In this document: piece after piece, positions 61,738 through 64,000 of the stretch
How the letters are laid out: every line of letters begins with the position of its first letter
Numbering within the stretch: the first letter of the stretch is position 1
Assembly: GCA_012295275.1 (NCBI GenBank)
Contig: CM022671.1
Coordinates: forward strand, 35,092,001 to 35,156,000
Source of the DNA: Chrysomallon squamiferum
Taxonomy: Eukaryota > Animalia > Mollusca
DNA: 64,000 bases
Direction of reading: 5' to 3'
The notes under the pieces: generated by a model
Told to the model about the DNA's origin: nothing
Database searches by the model: none
The model's input: only the letters and a program-made list of their open reading frames with translations
Program-made: the position numbers and the translations under genes

Positions 61738-62800
61738 TAAAAAACACACACACACATATAAAGAAACCCCCCAGAAAGAGAAAACAGTTGGAGAAGAGAA
61801 AGAAAGCAGGAAGAAAGAATAAAACAGAAAATCATCATGGTTTTGATGTTAAAAGTTAAAGAGAGAAACACAGAAGAACAAAGTGAAAAAGAGAAGGAAA
61901 ACAGGAAATACTGAGAGAGAAAAAAGTGATGAAAAGTAAAATTTAAAGAAATTTTTACTAGCTATAGGCAATTATGTATTGGTGCATTTAGCTCAAAGGA
62001 ACTGCAAGTGCAAATGAGTACAAATAAATGTTGTAGGACTGGTTTATAGGTTATAATATGTGTACAATTTATTTTTTTATCAAATTTTTTAAATAGAAAT
62101 ATCTTATTTATTGCGATAAATAATTAAATAATTATACATTAAAAAAATAATAAACTAGTACGTAGCTAACAATGGTTGTGAAGAATAATTATTCAAATAC
62201 TGACGTAAGTCTGTAATATGTAACATGTCAAAAGTAACTTAGAAACGTTACGTAATGAACGGTGTATTGAATAAAAATGCCACATAACAATAATGAATTT
62301 ATTGTGACGTCATAGCAAAAGGTAGTTCTCTATTATTGTATGATAATGTGTCTTTACAATTAGTACAGGCTACTTTCTAACAATCAGTGACGTAAAACTT
62401 ACAACATACGTCACAAAGACAAAAAACAAAACATAAGATTAACTCTCAACATAGAAAGGTCCTCCCACGCTTAACCTTTAAAAAAGGAGAGTAAACTTTA
62501 ATTAAGACAAAAGTCAATATTTAAATTGTCTTCCAGAATGTTCCGAATATCGTCCAGTCCAGATTAGTTCGTCTGCAGCGGAAATCGAGACGGATATTGA
62601 TCACATGACCTTGGCGCGCACTGCTCTGAAAACATTTACATACACCAGTCTGTGTTGACTACAGGAGACGTGAATGATGCCGTGTATTCATTCATCAGCC
62701 TTGGTCATTCGCGATGAGTTACATTTGAAAAGTCATGACCTTTCATAATATGTAACCCAATGGTAAAAATAAATGCACGGAATAACTGGGGAATAACAAT

Positions 62801-62831
<31 letters not shown>

Positions 62832-64000
62832 ATTAAAATGAAACGACAAAAAGTCTCACTGATAAGCACGTATAAGTTCTTAAACTTGAAAATAAGTAAA
62901 TCAGTTATTTTAAATAAGTTAATAATAAAATTAGAAATGAATTATTTCGTTATCGCCTTGCTTAACAACAACAACAACAACAACAACACATTTTAGCTGC
63001 AATGTGATTGTAATACATAATAATACACATACACACAAAAATACAAAACGTATTTTTTTTATTCAACTATTCTTTGAATCAGGTTTAAATAAAGAATCTT
63101 CAAAACTTTTTTCTTTCTTTTTACTGATTAGGCAAAACGAGAACTGAAGGTAAATTAAAACATAAATAACGGCTAACGAGCCTTTTAAAAGTTAATTTTT
63201 AAAGAACAGACAAAATAGATTTTTGGAATCCGCCTGCCTTTGTTAGCTGGCAGCCAAGTGAATTCCTGAAAGATTTAATCGGTAAGTTCGTCAAATGACG
63301 TATCAAAAATAACTAACTGATGCACGTTTCGCATTCTTTGGGATGAACAGTGTTTGTTCTTTTTACCACTGGCTAGAGAGTACAAAGATTAATTTTTCTA
63401 TCAGCTATTTTAAATATCTAACAACGTCATAAAACGTTGATCTGTTTATTCCATCAAAGACTTCTGTTTAGATTAATGTTTATTTTGTCTATAAACATGA
63501 CAAAATAAATTTGAAAACATTAAAGAAGGATTTTTTTTATAAGTACATAATTATCAACGGACACATTAACAAAGATTATGTCATATATGATTCTATTATT
63601 TTTATTTATTTTCTGAAATTTATCTATTACATTCTAAGTGTGTACCACAGAAATACAGAATGGATTCCTATAATTATAATAATTATCAGGCATCTCTCTC
63701 TCTCTCTCACAAACACACAAGAGAAAAAAAAAAAAAAAAAAGAAAAAAAAAAGGAGAAAAAGTAAAATGATCATGAAAGCAGTATGTAATTATTGCCGTA
63801 ACAGCATCAGATACACGTAACATCAGAGTTACCTTCGAGCTGCCAGATGTCGCTGTTTGTTACGTCATCTGCTTTGAAGATTCCGGCTGGATCACTCATT
63901 CAAACGATTCCGGTTTAGCATTGCGAAGAACATTTTTGTATGACTAGTCATTCAGGCCATAATGTAGTAATTAAACATTATTTTCTTTGTGTTTGTTACA

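Overview
AT-rich, microsatellite-dense eukaryotic DNA with spliceosomal introns; probably an invertebrate animal, and a mollusc is an inference only. It holds two convergent multi-exon genes, reconstructed by hand from splice phases. (1) On the + strand, a 19-coding-exon glycoside hydrolase (GH63/MGH1-like, yeast YMR196W family; 4649-16524, about 889 aa). It has two GC-AG introns, one apparent 1-nt frameshift in exon 14, and a 39-bp tandem array copied from its own last codons that stays open in the gene frame past the stop. (2) On the - strand, a 9-coding-exon ZNRF3/RNF43-type PA-TM-RING E3 ligase (56305-22053, about 934 aa). It has a 20.7-kb first intron, a 27-nt microexon, a duplicated in-frame splice donor inside the RING, one apparent 1-nt frameshift in the Ser-rich tail, uORFs, and many consensus TCF/LEF sites including an HMG+Helper pair just upstream of the start codon. 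The rest is introns or intergenic DNA with satellites, minisatellites and decayed SINE-like fragments. Most entries in the ORF track are simple-repeat artefacts. No rRNA, tRNA or CRISPR array was seen.
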